Source of the DNA: Bdellovibrionota bacterium
Lineage (GTDB): Bacteria > Bdellovibrionota_C > UBA2361 > JBIKUX01
DNA length: 64,000 nt
Direction: 5' to 3'
Assembly (NCBI GenBank): GCA_044347345.1
Contig: JBIKUX010000001.1
Span: 97,024-161,023, forward strand
Every line of letters starts with the position of its first letter. Position 1 is the stretch's first letter. Of this stretch, positions 40,933-49,517 are shown one piece after another. The notes below the pieces were generated by a model that was not told where the DNA came from, did not search any database, and was given only the letters and a program-made list of their open reading frames with translations. The position numbers and the translations under genes are program-made.

Positions 40933-41421
40933 ATGAGTACTGATGCATTTGCACGCTTTACTCAAACAGACAGCTTATCAAACAGCATACCTACTTCACA
41001 AAGTATGAAAAATTGCATCACACTGATAGATGATAATGAAGCCGTTCTTAAAGCATTAACACTAGTTTTAAAAGCTTTAGGTTACTCAGTGAGTGCATTT
41101 GTTGACCCGCTTGAAGCTGTATTTAAAGTACAAACCACCCACACTTTAGATGTAAATAACCTCTTTGCATTAATCACAGACGTAAGAATGTACCCCATTA
41201 GTGGCACTGAGATTACTAAGCTAATCAGAAAGAACCTGCCACATCTCCCAATAATTTTAATTTCAGGAGATGCCGAAGCTCAGGATATTGAACAATTTAT
41301 TGTAAAAGATGCTTTCACTCAATTTTTACAAAAACCTTTTACCCCACAAGAACTTCAGAAAAAACTAAGTAGTTTTAGTAACACTGACTCGAGCCAATTA
41401 AAATTAACCCGAGCCAGTTGA
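40933..41421 (+). CDS. Stand-alone response-regulator receiver (CheY-like) domain protein. The start may instead be the internal Met at about 41005.
   Basis: ITLIDDNEAV...LITDVRMYPISGTE...ILISG is the layout of a REC domain. There is no output domain. Confidence 0.55.
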   Translation: MSTDAFARFTQTDSLSNSIPTSQSMKNCITLIDDNEAVLKALTLVLKALGYSVSAFVDPLEAVFKVQTTHTLDVNNLFALITDVRMYPISGTEITKLIRKNLPHLPIILISGDAEAQDIEQFIVKDAFTQFLQKPFTPQELQKKLSSFSNTDSSQLKLTRAS

Positions 41422-41450
41422 TCTGTAACTTTGATCAGTAAGTTATTTAA

Positions 41451-43160
41451 TTACTCAGCATCACTCATCTTTTGACGAATCAAATCACCGAATGTAAGGG
41501 CACTACTGGTATCTTCCATGTATTCGGAATACTCACCCTTTTCCTCTTTTTTCTTCAAGCTCTTGATACTTAGACTTATCCTACGGTCGTTCATATCAAT
41601 GGCAATTACCTCACATTCAACTTGCTGACCAGCGGCAAAGCGCTCGGATACATCTTGTCCTCGCTCACTTCCAAGCTGTGAATTATGAATAAGTCCCTCA
41701 ACACCCTCTGCAATTTCAACAAAGACCCCAAAATCAGCAATAGACTTTACAGAACCTTTAACACGAGCGCCCACCGGGTATCTTTGAGCGATAGCCTCCC
41801 AAGGATCATTTTCCATCTGCTTGATACCAAGACTTAGTCGCTCATTATTGGCGTCAATGTCTAAAACAACAGCCTCTACATCATCACCCTTTTTGTATAA
41901 TTCTTGAATTTCAGATGGGTCCTTAATTCGTTTTGTCCACGAAAAATCTGAAACATGAACTAAACCATCAATCTCATCGGTAACTCCTACAAAGATACCG
42001 AACTCTGTGATAGAGCGCACTTTACCGCGAACTCTTGAGCCAATGGGATGAAGCTTACGAAGATCCTCCCAAGGATTTGGAAGAAGTTGTTTTAATCCAA
42101 GACTGATTCGTTGCTGCTCTGAGTCGATACCAAGAACAACAGCTTCAACCGTATCACCTTCATTTAATACCTTAGAAGGATGTTTAGCTTTCTTAGACCA
42201 ACTCATCTCCGAAATGTGGATGAGTCCTTCCACACCCTCTTCAAGTTGGATAAAAGCACCGTAATCTGTAAGACTAGCTACCTTACCTTTTACACGAGCG
42301 CCAACAGGGTATTCCTGAATTACCTTACTCCAAGGGTCTTCCGTGAGCTGCTTCATCCCAAGGCTAACTCGTTCACGCTCGCGGTCATACTTAAGAACTA
42401 CTACCTTAATGACTTGGCCAACCGAAATTTTATCAGATGGATGGTTAAGTCGCCCCCAAGACATATCGGTAATATGCAAGAGACCGTCAATTCCACCTAA
42501 ATCAATAAACGCTCCGTAATCTGTAATGTTCTTGACTACTCCCTCTAAGACTATCCCTTCATCGAGAACGAGTAAGGTTTCCTTACGTAAACTTTCTCGC
42601 TCTGACATTAACAAGGCGCGGCGTGATAAAACGATATTACCCTTGTCCCGAGTCATCTTTAGAACTTTGAAATCGTAATATTGACCTAAAAATTTATCGA
42701 GATTTCTGTGTGGACGAAGGTCAATTTGCGAACCAGGCAAAAATGCAGGAATACCAATGTCGACTTGGAGTCCTCCTTTAACTTTTAGCACTACCTTGCC
42801 GCTAACAATCCCATCTTGCTTACATATATCTTCTACTTGCTCCCAAATTCGCTTTTGATCGGCCTTTTCCTTTGACAAAACTACCTGACCAAACTCGTTT
42901 TCTAACATGATAATAAGAACATCAACCTCATCACCACGCTTTACAGCGAGAGCCCCTTCCTCATTTAAAAACTGCTCTGTGGGAACCACTCCTTCAGACT
43001 TAAAACCAATATCAACAGTGACAAAATCCCGATTAATATCAGTCACCTTACCGCTAACAATGGCACCATTACTTATTTTATTAACTTGCTCTTCAAATAA
43101 ACGAGCAAATTCCCCGGCAAAACTACCGCCTTCTTCAGTCTTTCCTGATGTGTGTTCCAT
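41451..43160 (-). CDS. rpsA: 30S ribosomal protein S1.
   Basis: 569 aa with six repeated S1 motifs (VKGKVxxITDYGAFIDL-type repeats). Confidence 0.95.
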   Translation of the reverse strand: MEHTSGKTEEGGSFAGEFARLFEEQVNKISNGAIVSGKVTDINRDFVTVDIGFKSEGVVPTEQFLNEEGALAVKRGDEVDVLIIMLENEFGQVVLSKEKADQKRIWEQVEDICKQDGIVSGKVVLKVKGGLQVDIGIPAFLPGSQIDLRPHRNLDKFLGQYYDFKVLKMTRDKGNIVLSRRALLMSERESLRKETLLVLDEGIVLEGVVKNITDYGAFIDLGGIDGLLHITDMSWGRLNHPSDKISVGQVIKVVVLKYDRERERVSLGMKQLTEDPWSKVIQEYPVGARVKGKVASLTDYGAFIQLEEGVEGLIHISEMSWSKKAKHPSKVLNEGDTVEAVVLGIDSEQQRISLGLKQLLPNPWEDLRKLHPIGSRVRGKVRSITEFGIFVGVTDEIDGLVHVSDFSWTKRIKDPSEIQELYKKGDDVEAVVLDIDANNERLSLGIKQMENDPWEAIAQRYPVGARVKGSVKSIADFGVFVEIAEGVEGLIHNSQLGSERGQDVSERFAAGQQVECEVIAIDMNDRRISLSIKSLKKKEEKGEYSEYMEDTSSALTFGDLIRQKMSDAE

Positions 43161-43455
43161 AATTTAATTAGATAAACTTACTTTTTACTCTTTACTAAGC
43201 CTTAGAAAAAAGACCCTCTCGCTTTAAATACCAAACATACCTACCTTATTTCAGGTTCCTACATAAACAGGCACCATAAATAAACCCTATCTTTCACTTA
43301 ATACCTATTTTTTAAAAAATTATCCTTGATTTTTAACGACCAGGTTAAATGCTTAAAAATAAGTTTTTGCAAAAAACATAATTCAGGGCTCAGGGATTTT
43401 ACGGTATCAAGGTTTCAGTACCAATAAAACGCCTAGATTCTAATTCGTAAAACTG

Positions 43456-43487
43456 CGAACTGATGTGGATACTTTGGTGAGAGTGGA
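43456..43487. repeat. Two copies of a 14-bp direct repeat (gtggatactttggt) separated by 4 bp, in the selO-rpsA intergenic region.
   Basis: Direct reading; function unknown. Lies about 300 bp upstream of the rpsA start. Confidence 0.7.
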
Positions 43488-43599
43488 TACTTTGGTTTAA
43501 TTAAGCTGGTCTCCTTTTTTATTACCGGCTTGTTTTTTACTTTAACCTTGAGTATCGGTTTTACCCAAAACTTTTGCGCTTTATAATTACTCGTGCGTT

Positions 43600-43662
43600 A
43601 TAAGCGCGCCCACACCCTAACTATACGTAGAAGCATAGCTAGGTCAACCTAGCCAACTTAAA
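43600..43662 (-). terminator. Two adjacent hairpins immediately downstream of selO on the minus strand (gcgcttataa...ttataaagcgc and gctaggt-caa-cctagc); candidate transcription terminator.
   Basis: Inverted repeats read directly. Only a weak T-tract follows on the minus strand, so intrinsic terminator status is uncertain. Confidence 0.3.
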
Positions 43663-43677
43663 GAACTACAAGATAAC

Positions 43678-45381
43678 TCAAGAACTGCAAGACAACATCG
43701 AACACCCAACTTTTTTCCTAGCCCAGTCGGGGCGCTTAGCGGCCCATCTGTCACTTCCAATATCACTTGCAGTATCACTTCCAGAATCAGATCCGGTGTG
43801 CCATGTATAAGGGTTTCTCAAAATATCAGCATAATTGCGCAATGGCTCAAAATCTCCCTCTTCCGCTGAAACTATAATCTCTTGCAAGAGATAATTTCTT
43901 GGAATGTAGCAAGGATTAACTCTTTGCATACGATTCCTTCGAGTTTGATCGTCAATGTTCCAAGATTTCACTGTTTGACAATATAACTCTAGCCAAGCTA
44001 AGACTTGTTCTAACTGTGGTGAGCCATAAACTACAGAATTAATACGGTTTATAACTTGCTTTTTGTCTAAAAGCTCATCTAGAGATAAGTCAGTAATAAG
44101 CCGAAAAAACAATGTGTAATCTGTCTCAATTTCACTACTCCAACTAATAAAATTCTTATAAAGAGCTACTGCTTGCGAGACAGACTCCGGTTCGATCAGT
44201 GAAAAACCTAATTTTTCAGCAATCATGACTTCATATTCGCGCTCAAATTGACCTTTAAATTGGTATACCTCCTGAGCGAGTGCTTCTGTATCGTCAATTA
44301 GCGGAGAGATAGCCTCAGCAAGGCAACCTAAATTCCATTGAGCCACAGCAGCCTGTCTTCCAAAACAGTATCGTCGACCGGGGAGATCAGTCGTATTTGG
44401 AGTCCAAAAAAAGTCAACATTATCGAGAAAACCATAAGGCCCGTAATCGATAGTTAACCCTAAAATAGACATATTATCAGTGTTCATAACCCCGTGAGTG
44501 AATCCAACACGATACCAATGCACTATCATTAGTGCTGTGCGCCTACATACCTCGCTAAACCAACGCAGATAAGACTCTTCACCAATTACTGGTGTACTAG
44601 AGGCAGAAGAAACTAATTCTGGAAACCACTGACAAATTGTCCAATCAGTTATTGCTTTTAAAATCGAATATTCGCCACGACTTGCATACAACTCAAAATT
44701 TCCAAATCGTAAAAATGTTGGTGCTACTCGAGCAACAATAGCACCTGGTTCATAAAGAGGGTTACCGTCATACATCACGTCTCGGAGCACCAACTCTCCA
44801 GTACCAATTAACGACAATGCTCTTGTAGTTGGGATGCCAAGATAATGCATCGCCTCACTGGCTATAAACTCTCTAATTGAAGACCGAAGTACCGCTCGCC
44901 CGTCAGCACTCCGAGAATATGGGGTCTTTCCTGCGCCCTTTAATTGCACCTCTTGAAGTAAAGTATTAGAACCACGAGTGGGCAGAGAGCCTAAGGTAAT
45001 CGCTCTACCATCTCCGAGCTGCCCTGCCCAAGAACCAAACTGGTGACCACCGTAGCAAAGAGAAAATGGAGTTGCCTCTCGAGGTATAGCCGAGCCACTC
45101 AACACCAAGGAAGTTTCAGGAAGCGTGGGGGTAATCGGTGAGAGATTTAAAAGCTCTGCGCATTCTTTAGACCAAGCTATAAGATGGGGCTTTTTCACCG
45201 GAGTAGGTTTAACGATAGAAAAAGCCGCACCGCGTACCTCTCTAGCATCGGTGCACTCTGTAAAATCACCAGGTATATTTTCAGTAAACGTAGAGCACCA
45301 AGGAGCATCAACAAGAGAGACTATCTCTTGGATTATACCATCTTTAGCCTGACATAACTCTTCTTTCATCTTTAGCATCAT
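43678..45381 (-). CDS. selO: Protein adenylyltransferase SelO (YdiU/UPF0061 family).
   Basis: 567 aa. The conserved SelO N-terminal region (GHQFGSWAGQLGDGRAITLG) and overall length match. Confidence 0.8.
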   Translation of the reverse strand: MMLKMKEELCQAKDGIIQEIVSLVDAPWCSTFTENIPGDFTECTDAREVRGAAFSIVKPTPVKKPHLIAWSKECAELLNLSPITPTLPETSLVLSGSAIPREATPFSLCYGGHQFGSWAGQLGDGRAITLGSLPTRGSNTLLQEVQLKGAGKTPYSRSADGRAVLRSSIREFIASEAMHYLGIPTTRALSLIGTGELVLRDVMYDGNPLYEPGAIVARVAPTFLRFGNFELYASRGEYSILKAITDWTICQWFPELVSSASSTPVIGEESYLRWFSEVCRRTALMIVHWYRVGFTHGVMNTDNMSILGLTIDYGPYGFLDNVDFFWTPNTTDLPGRRYCFGRQAAVAQWNLGCLAEAISPLIDDTEALAQEVYQFKGQFEREYEVMIAEKLGFSLIEPESVSQAVALYKNFISWSSEIETDYTLFFRLITDLSLDELLDKKQVINRINSVVYGSPQLEQVLAWLELYCQTVKSWNIDDQTRRNRMQRVNPCYIPRNYLLQEIIVSAEEGDFEPLRNYADILRNPYTWHTGSDSGSDTASDIGSDRWAAKRPDWARKKVGCSMLSCSS

Positions 45382-45434
45382 AATCTAAAGAAACCTCTAA
45401 TACATGCCGTTGTTAGAGGTAGGCGAAAATTTAT

Positions 45435-46613
45435 ATGCGTAAGCGCCCCCGCCCCCTATCAAAACCAGCAATGTGCCTCTCCTCTCCGCTTGCTCCAAGC
45501 TCTGGAGATTTAGCAATCGTGCTTTCCGGCGGTGGAGCCAGAGCGGCCTATCAAGTTGGTGCCTTTAAAGCCCTTGAATCATATCTTGACCTTCAAGCTC
45601 AACCAATAGCAACAATAATCGGAAGTAGTATTGGCGCCGTAAACGGCGTAATTTTTGGTGCCTGTCTTAAATCAGGATATAGCGATGCCGTAACTGAGCT
45701 CTCAACTCTATGGCGTGAGCGCACCTTTAGGAATTCATTTGCGGGTTCACCATCTCGCTCATTTCTTAAGGCTATTCTGGTAGCTACAGCTCAGTGGCGC
45801 TCTCCTGGCCTTACTGCCAGCGAGATGGCCATCTTTGACCCCACGCCTCTAATGAATAGAGTTGACGCTTTAATAAAAGGGTACGGCTCACTTAGACCAG
45901 AAGAACGTCACCCAAACCTTAAAAACGTAGCGGTTATGACTACCCTTGAAGGGCCTACTCGTGAGCCACTTCTTTTTCTTTCTTCACACAAAAAAGCGAG
46001 TTCAGAAAATATGGTCGGCGCATCCTTTGAGATATGTTACGTCGAGTCTATAACCGCAAAACATGCTTTTGCTTCGGCAGCTCTTCCCTCAATATTGCCT
46101 CCCGTAAAAATATCTACAGAGGAGGGTAGTTTGCAACTCATAGATGGGGGCATAGCGCAAAATCATCCGGTAGATCCCGCCGTACGCCTTGGTGCAGAGC
46201 GAGTAATCCTAATTGACGTTTCAGGAAGAGATTGGTGGTTTAATTTATACGGAACAGCCCACGATACAGCCCCCGACTGGGAGGTTAAAGCTGAACCAGA
46301 TACTTACTGCCTCAGACCTAATGACTACTTTTTAAGTAGGTGTATGACGGCACTCGGGCCAATTCTTAAAGAAGCTGTCGGAAGATCAACTAAAAGGTTT
46401 ATTTCATCTGTTGGCCCAGTCTGGCCTCTCTATACACTCCTCCGCAAAAAGTGTGGAGAAGCAGTAGCTTACGAAGTTATGTCTTATGTGGCTCTAGATG
46501 AAGAGTACATTAACGCTCTAATAGAAAGAGGCTTTCACGAAACTACCATACTTCTAAAAAAACGCGCCGCACAACAATGCGAGGAAGATTTGACAACTAG
46601 ACAAGTATGCTAG
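45435..46613 (+). CDS. Patatin-like phospholipase.
   Basis: Glycine-rich oxyanion motif (LSGGGARAAYQVGAF) and GxSxG (IGSSIGA). A DGG motif (IDGGIAQNHP) is present. Confidence 0.8.
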   Translation: MRKRPRPLSKPAMCLSSPLAPSSGDLAIVLSGGGARAAYQVGAFKALESYLDLQAQPIATIIGSSIGAVNGVIFGACLKSGYSDAVTELSTLWRERTFRNSFAGSPSRSFLKAILVATAQWRSPGLTASEMAIFDPTPLMNRVDALIKGYGSLRPEERHPNLKNVAVMTTLEGPTREPLLFLSSHKKASSENMVGASFEICYVESITAKHAFASAALPSILPPVKISTEEGSLQLIDGGIAQNHPVDPAVRLGAERVILIDVSGRDWWFNLYGTAHDTAPDWEVKAEPDTYCLRPNDYFLSRCMTALGPILKEAVGRSTKRFISSVGPVWPLYTLLRKKCGEAVAYEVMSYVALDEEYINALIERGFHETTILLKKRAAQQCEEDLTTRQVC

Positions 46614-46700
46614 TCACCACGCAAAATAAAATATCGCTTCCATAGCCAGAGACACTGAGCCCAAAACTATAAACACTGCTCTTTTAGATATAGACAAAAA

Positions 46701-47015
46701 CTAAGGTGTTATTTTTGATTCACCCGATGGATTTCCTTGTGGAGCACTCGGAGTAGACCCTTCATGTTGCTCCGGAGTAGACCCTCCAGGTTGCGCTGTC
46801 CCTTGCTCTTGGCGTGACTCTTCATAAGGTTTTCTTTGGGCTGGGACTGTTTCCGCCGGGAATTTGTCGCCATTATGGGAGGGGGGGGTTCCACATCCGC
46901 TTAGTAAAAAGCTCAGAAAAAGTGACAAGGCCGCTGCTATACAATAAGCTGGTTTAGGCATCTGAGGGTTACTAAAACCCTCGTCGGGCCTCTGTGGATT
47001 AAAATCAGGTGTCAT
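46701..47015 (-). CDS. Small Pro/Gly/Gln-rich lipoprotein (104 aa) containing an internal poly-C/poly-G tract.
   Basis: Lipobox (LLSGC) after a hydrophobic segment. A low-complexity mature region. A run of eight G at 46881-46888 lies inside the ORF. Confidence 0.45.
   Translation of the reverse strand: MTPDFNPQRPDEGFSNPQMPKPAYCIAAALSLFLSFLLSGCGTPPSHNGDKFPAETVPAQRKPYEESRQEQGTAQPGGSTPEQHEGSTPSAPQGNPSGESKITP
46881..46888. repeat. Homopolymeric G8 (C8 on the coding strand) tract inside the small lipoprotein gene.
   Basis: ggga-gggggggg-tt read directly. Unusual for a roughly 40% GC sequence. Confidence 0.8.
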
Positions 47016-47235
47016 AACTTATCTATACTTAATTAGCTAAAATTACTGTCAAACAAATTTTTTTGACAAAATACACTTTTTTGACCCCAGAGAGGCTACC
47101 CACATAAAAAAAGTTAAACAACCTCTGACGCTAACTAAAATTTTTTAAAAGAATATTTAATTCACTAAGAAGTAGATTATACCTAATATAAAAAAGGACG
47201 TTAAAAACGTCCTAATTACTAGGTTAACTTTTTAA

Positions 47236-48045
47236 ATGACAAGTAATATACAGGCAAATCATATACAGGCTAATTATATACAAAAGAGTAATTGGTTACA
47301 GTGTTCAAGCCAAATGTGGCTAAAAGATATTTTGGTACATCCCTCCGCAAGAAAAAGCTCTAAACCATTTCGATTAAAAGTTACATCTTGCAAATTGCTT
47401 CACCCTAGTATCACAGCTCTATTAGGTGATAACGGCGCTGGCAAAAGCACCCTAATTAAAGTCATTGCTGGACTTATCCCTTTTAGTGGACATGTATTAC
47501 TACCAGACAACCTAAACACCGATAAAATAACAAATTTTTCGTATCTTCCTCAACACTTTTCTATTGAAGCTGCTTACAGGATGACAGTAAAAGAATTTAT
47601 TAAGACGGCTTATCCGGTAAAAATTAGGCACGATAAGCAAACTATGGCCGCGCGTATCGAAAACGCACTTGTAACTTACGGATTAGAAAATCTGACTGAT
47701 GCTTATCTTGGCTCGCTTAGCGGAGGAGAGCTTAGAATGACCCTTTTAGCGGCTACTTTTACTCCTCCCACACCCTTTTTATTACTCGACGAACCTACTA
47801 CTTATCTAGATCAAAAACACTGTAAACAGTTAGTGATGTGGATAAAAAATGAATTACACCATCTTAGGTCAACCATCTTTGCCACGCACGATATTTTATT
47901 TGCTCTATCGTGCGCTGATACCTTAGCGATACTAGAACACGGAGAAATCTTAGCGTTGGGACCAACAAAAGAGCTAGTGAATACAGAAATATTCCAAGAA
48001 AAATACGGCGGATTAAATTCACTTAAAAATTTAAACCAGATTTAG
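47236..48045 (+). CDS. ABC transporter ATP-binding protein of the iron-siderophore/cobalamin importer type (FecE/BtuD-like). The true start is probably downstream of the 15-bp direct repeats.
   Basis: Walker A (GDNGAGKSTLIK). Signature (LSGGELRMTLLAA). Walker B (LLLDEPTTYLD). H-loop (ATHD). About 250 aa without the repeat-encoded N-terminus. Confidence 0.75.
   Translation: MTSNIQANHIQANYIQKSNWLQCSSQMWLKDILVHPSARKSSKPFRLKVTSCKLLHPSITALLGDNGAGKSTLIKVIAGLIPFSGHVLLPDNLNTDKITNFSYLPQHFSIEAAYRMTVKEFIKTAYPVKIRHDKQTMAARIENALVTYGLENLTDAYLGSLSGGELRMTLLAATFTPPTPFLLLDEPTTYLDQKHCKQLVMWIKNELHHLRSTIFATHDILFALSCADTLAILEHGEILALGPTKELVNTEIFQEKYGGLNSLKNLNQI
47246..47284. repeat. 2.6 copies of a 15-bp direct repeat (atatacaggcWaatY) at the 5' end or leader of the ABC ATPase gene.
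   Basis: atatacaggcaaatc / atatacaggctaatt / atatacaaa read directly. Confidence 0.8.
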
Positions 48046-48811
48046 TTCTTTCATCCGGCTGATACTGATATTGATACTGATGCTGATGCTGATACCAATC
48101 ACCCTTAACTAGGTCACTTCGACGCATAGGAAACTTTACTGCTACGCCCTGAAAATGAGACAAAAATTTCCACAAATCATTCATATCAAGGGGTGCTGTC
48201 AAACAAATTTTCCATGAAATAGGTGCTTTTTTAATTATTTTATCTCCCTGAGAGCCTGCTTGCTTAGTTGTAATGACCAAAACGGGCAGCCTTAATCGGT
48301 GTATAAACGGCTCACCATCAAAGCCACTGTGTTGAGTCCGAAGAGGCAAGCCGAAAGGTAAATTTCGCTCAATAGATGAGGCTAATCTCTCAAGCCAAGA
48401 AGGATGCGGTCTAAGAAGCGGATCAATTAAAATGAGTTGTCGTACAAGTTTTGGATAACACAATGCTAAACAGATCGTAAGTGGTGCGCATGATGCCGCA
48501 GCTACAGCAACTACTGACCGTACTTTTGCCTCTTTTAGAACAGTTGCCACCTCATTAGCTCTTGACTCACAGCTTAAAAACGTTAACGCCTTTACTCTCA
48601 ATCGCAATACAGATACCTGTAGTCCTAAGCTCTGAGGAGGATCTAGCTCTACTTTTGTGTTTTCACACCCTGCTCCAGCATTTTCAACGTCTACCGACTT
48701 TACGCACCAAGGGATTTTACTATTGTTGTCGTCGGTAGTTTCGGCAAAAAAAGCAACCGTCCGTCCGTCTCCACTTTTCAGATCAACAAAAACATTTGAA
48801 TCTTGAGCCAT
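48023..48811 (-). CDS. Hypothetical protein, possibly alpha/beta-hydrolase-like, with a C-terminal (Gln-Tyr/His)n tail encoded by hexanucleotide repeats.
   Basis: 262-aa ORF. AAASCA may be a nucleophile-elbow-like segment. The C-terminus (YQHQHQYQYQYQ) comes from (TGATRY)6 repeats at 48061-48096. Confidence 0.35.
   Translation of the reverse strand: MAQDSNVFVDLKSGDGRTVAFFAETTDDNNSKIPWCVKSVDVENAGAGCENTKVELDPPQSLGLQVSVLRLRVKALTFLSCESRANEVATVLKEAKVRSVVAVAAASCAPLTICLALCYPKLVRQLILIDPLLRPHPSWLERLASSIERNLPFGLPLRTQHSGFDGEPFIHRLRLPVLVITTKQAGSQGDKIIKKAPISWKICLTAPLDMNDLWKFLSHFQGVAVKFPMRRSDLVKGDWYQHQHQYQYQYQPDERTKSGLNF
48061..48096. repeat. Six tandem hexanucleotide repeats (GATRYY), in frame within the 3' end of the 48023..48811 ORF.
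   Basis: gatact gatatt gatact gatgct gatgct gatacc read directly. Confidence 0.85.
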
Positions 48812-49009
48812 TCCGAAAAACTCCTAAAAATAAAACAATTGATCTCGCATCCTAACTGTGCAAACGATAGGAGTGGGAGTGCTCTAAGAGCTTGACAAAA
48901 CCTAAATTAGTTAAGTTTTTTTTTCACTGCAAAGCTGTGAATCAAACAAAAGAGTACAAATCTTTATTGTAATGGTAATATTTATAGAACTCTTTACAAA
49001 AAATGCCCA

Positions 49010-49474
49010 ATGAAAAAATCAGGGCCATTTCCAATTATTAAAGAAAAGGGTAACGGAGAGGTATCATATCCAATAGAACCTCCTCGTCGAAGGTATGATT
49101 GTGCTCAATATGAAACCTGTCTTACCATAGCTTCAGCTCTATTTTGGGATTCTTTTACTTGTCGTGGATGTAACGGCACTGTAAATGGTCGTCTTTTATG
49201 GCGATTTTCTAAACGGACACTTTCAAAGACACAGTATAGCTCCCCAGAAGAAAAAGATGACGATGATAAGTCGCTCTTCTACAAAACTTCCTCTCACACC
49301 GGCGATATTGAAAGTGTCATTCATGAAAACACATTGCAAACTAAAGTAGTAAATACACCTATTAGCCAATCATGTGGCAATACACTACCAACAAAGTCAT
49401 CAATTGGAATTGAATCATTAAATCCTGACTCTCCCTTCCCGTTACATCTTTTTAAAAAGTTATCATCTGTGTGA
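49010..49474 (+). CDS. Hypothetical small protein with an N-terminal four-Cys (C-x5-C...C-x2-C) putative zinc-ribbon and an acidic linker.
   Basis: YDCAQYETC...TCRGCNG. A DDDD linker. Sits between the convergent and divergent gene sets. Confidence 0.3.
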   Translation: MKKSGPFPIIKEKGNGEVSYPIEPPRRRYDCAQYETCLTIASALFWDSFTCRGCNGTVNGRLLWRFSKRTLSKTQYSSPEEKDDDDKSLFYKTSSHTGDIESVIHENTLQTKVVNTPISQSCGNTLPTKSSIGIESLNPDSPFPLHLFKKLSSV

Positions 49475-49517
49475 AAATTGCAGGGCAGTAGCTCTACAAT
49501 CTCATAAACGGATATAG

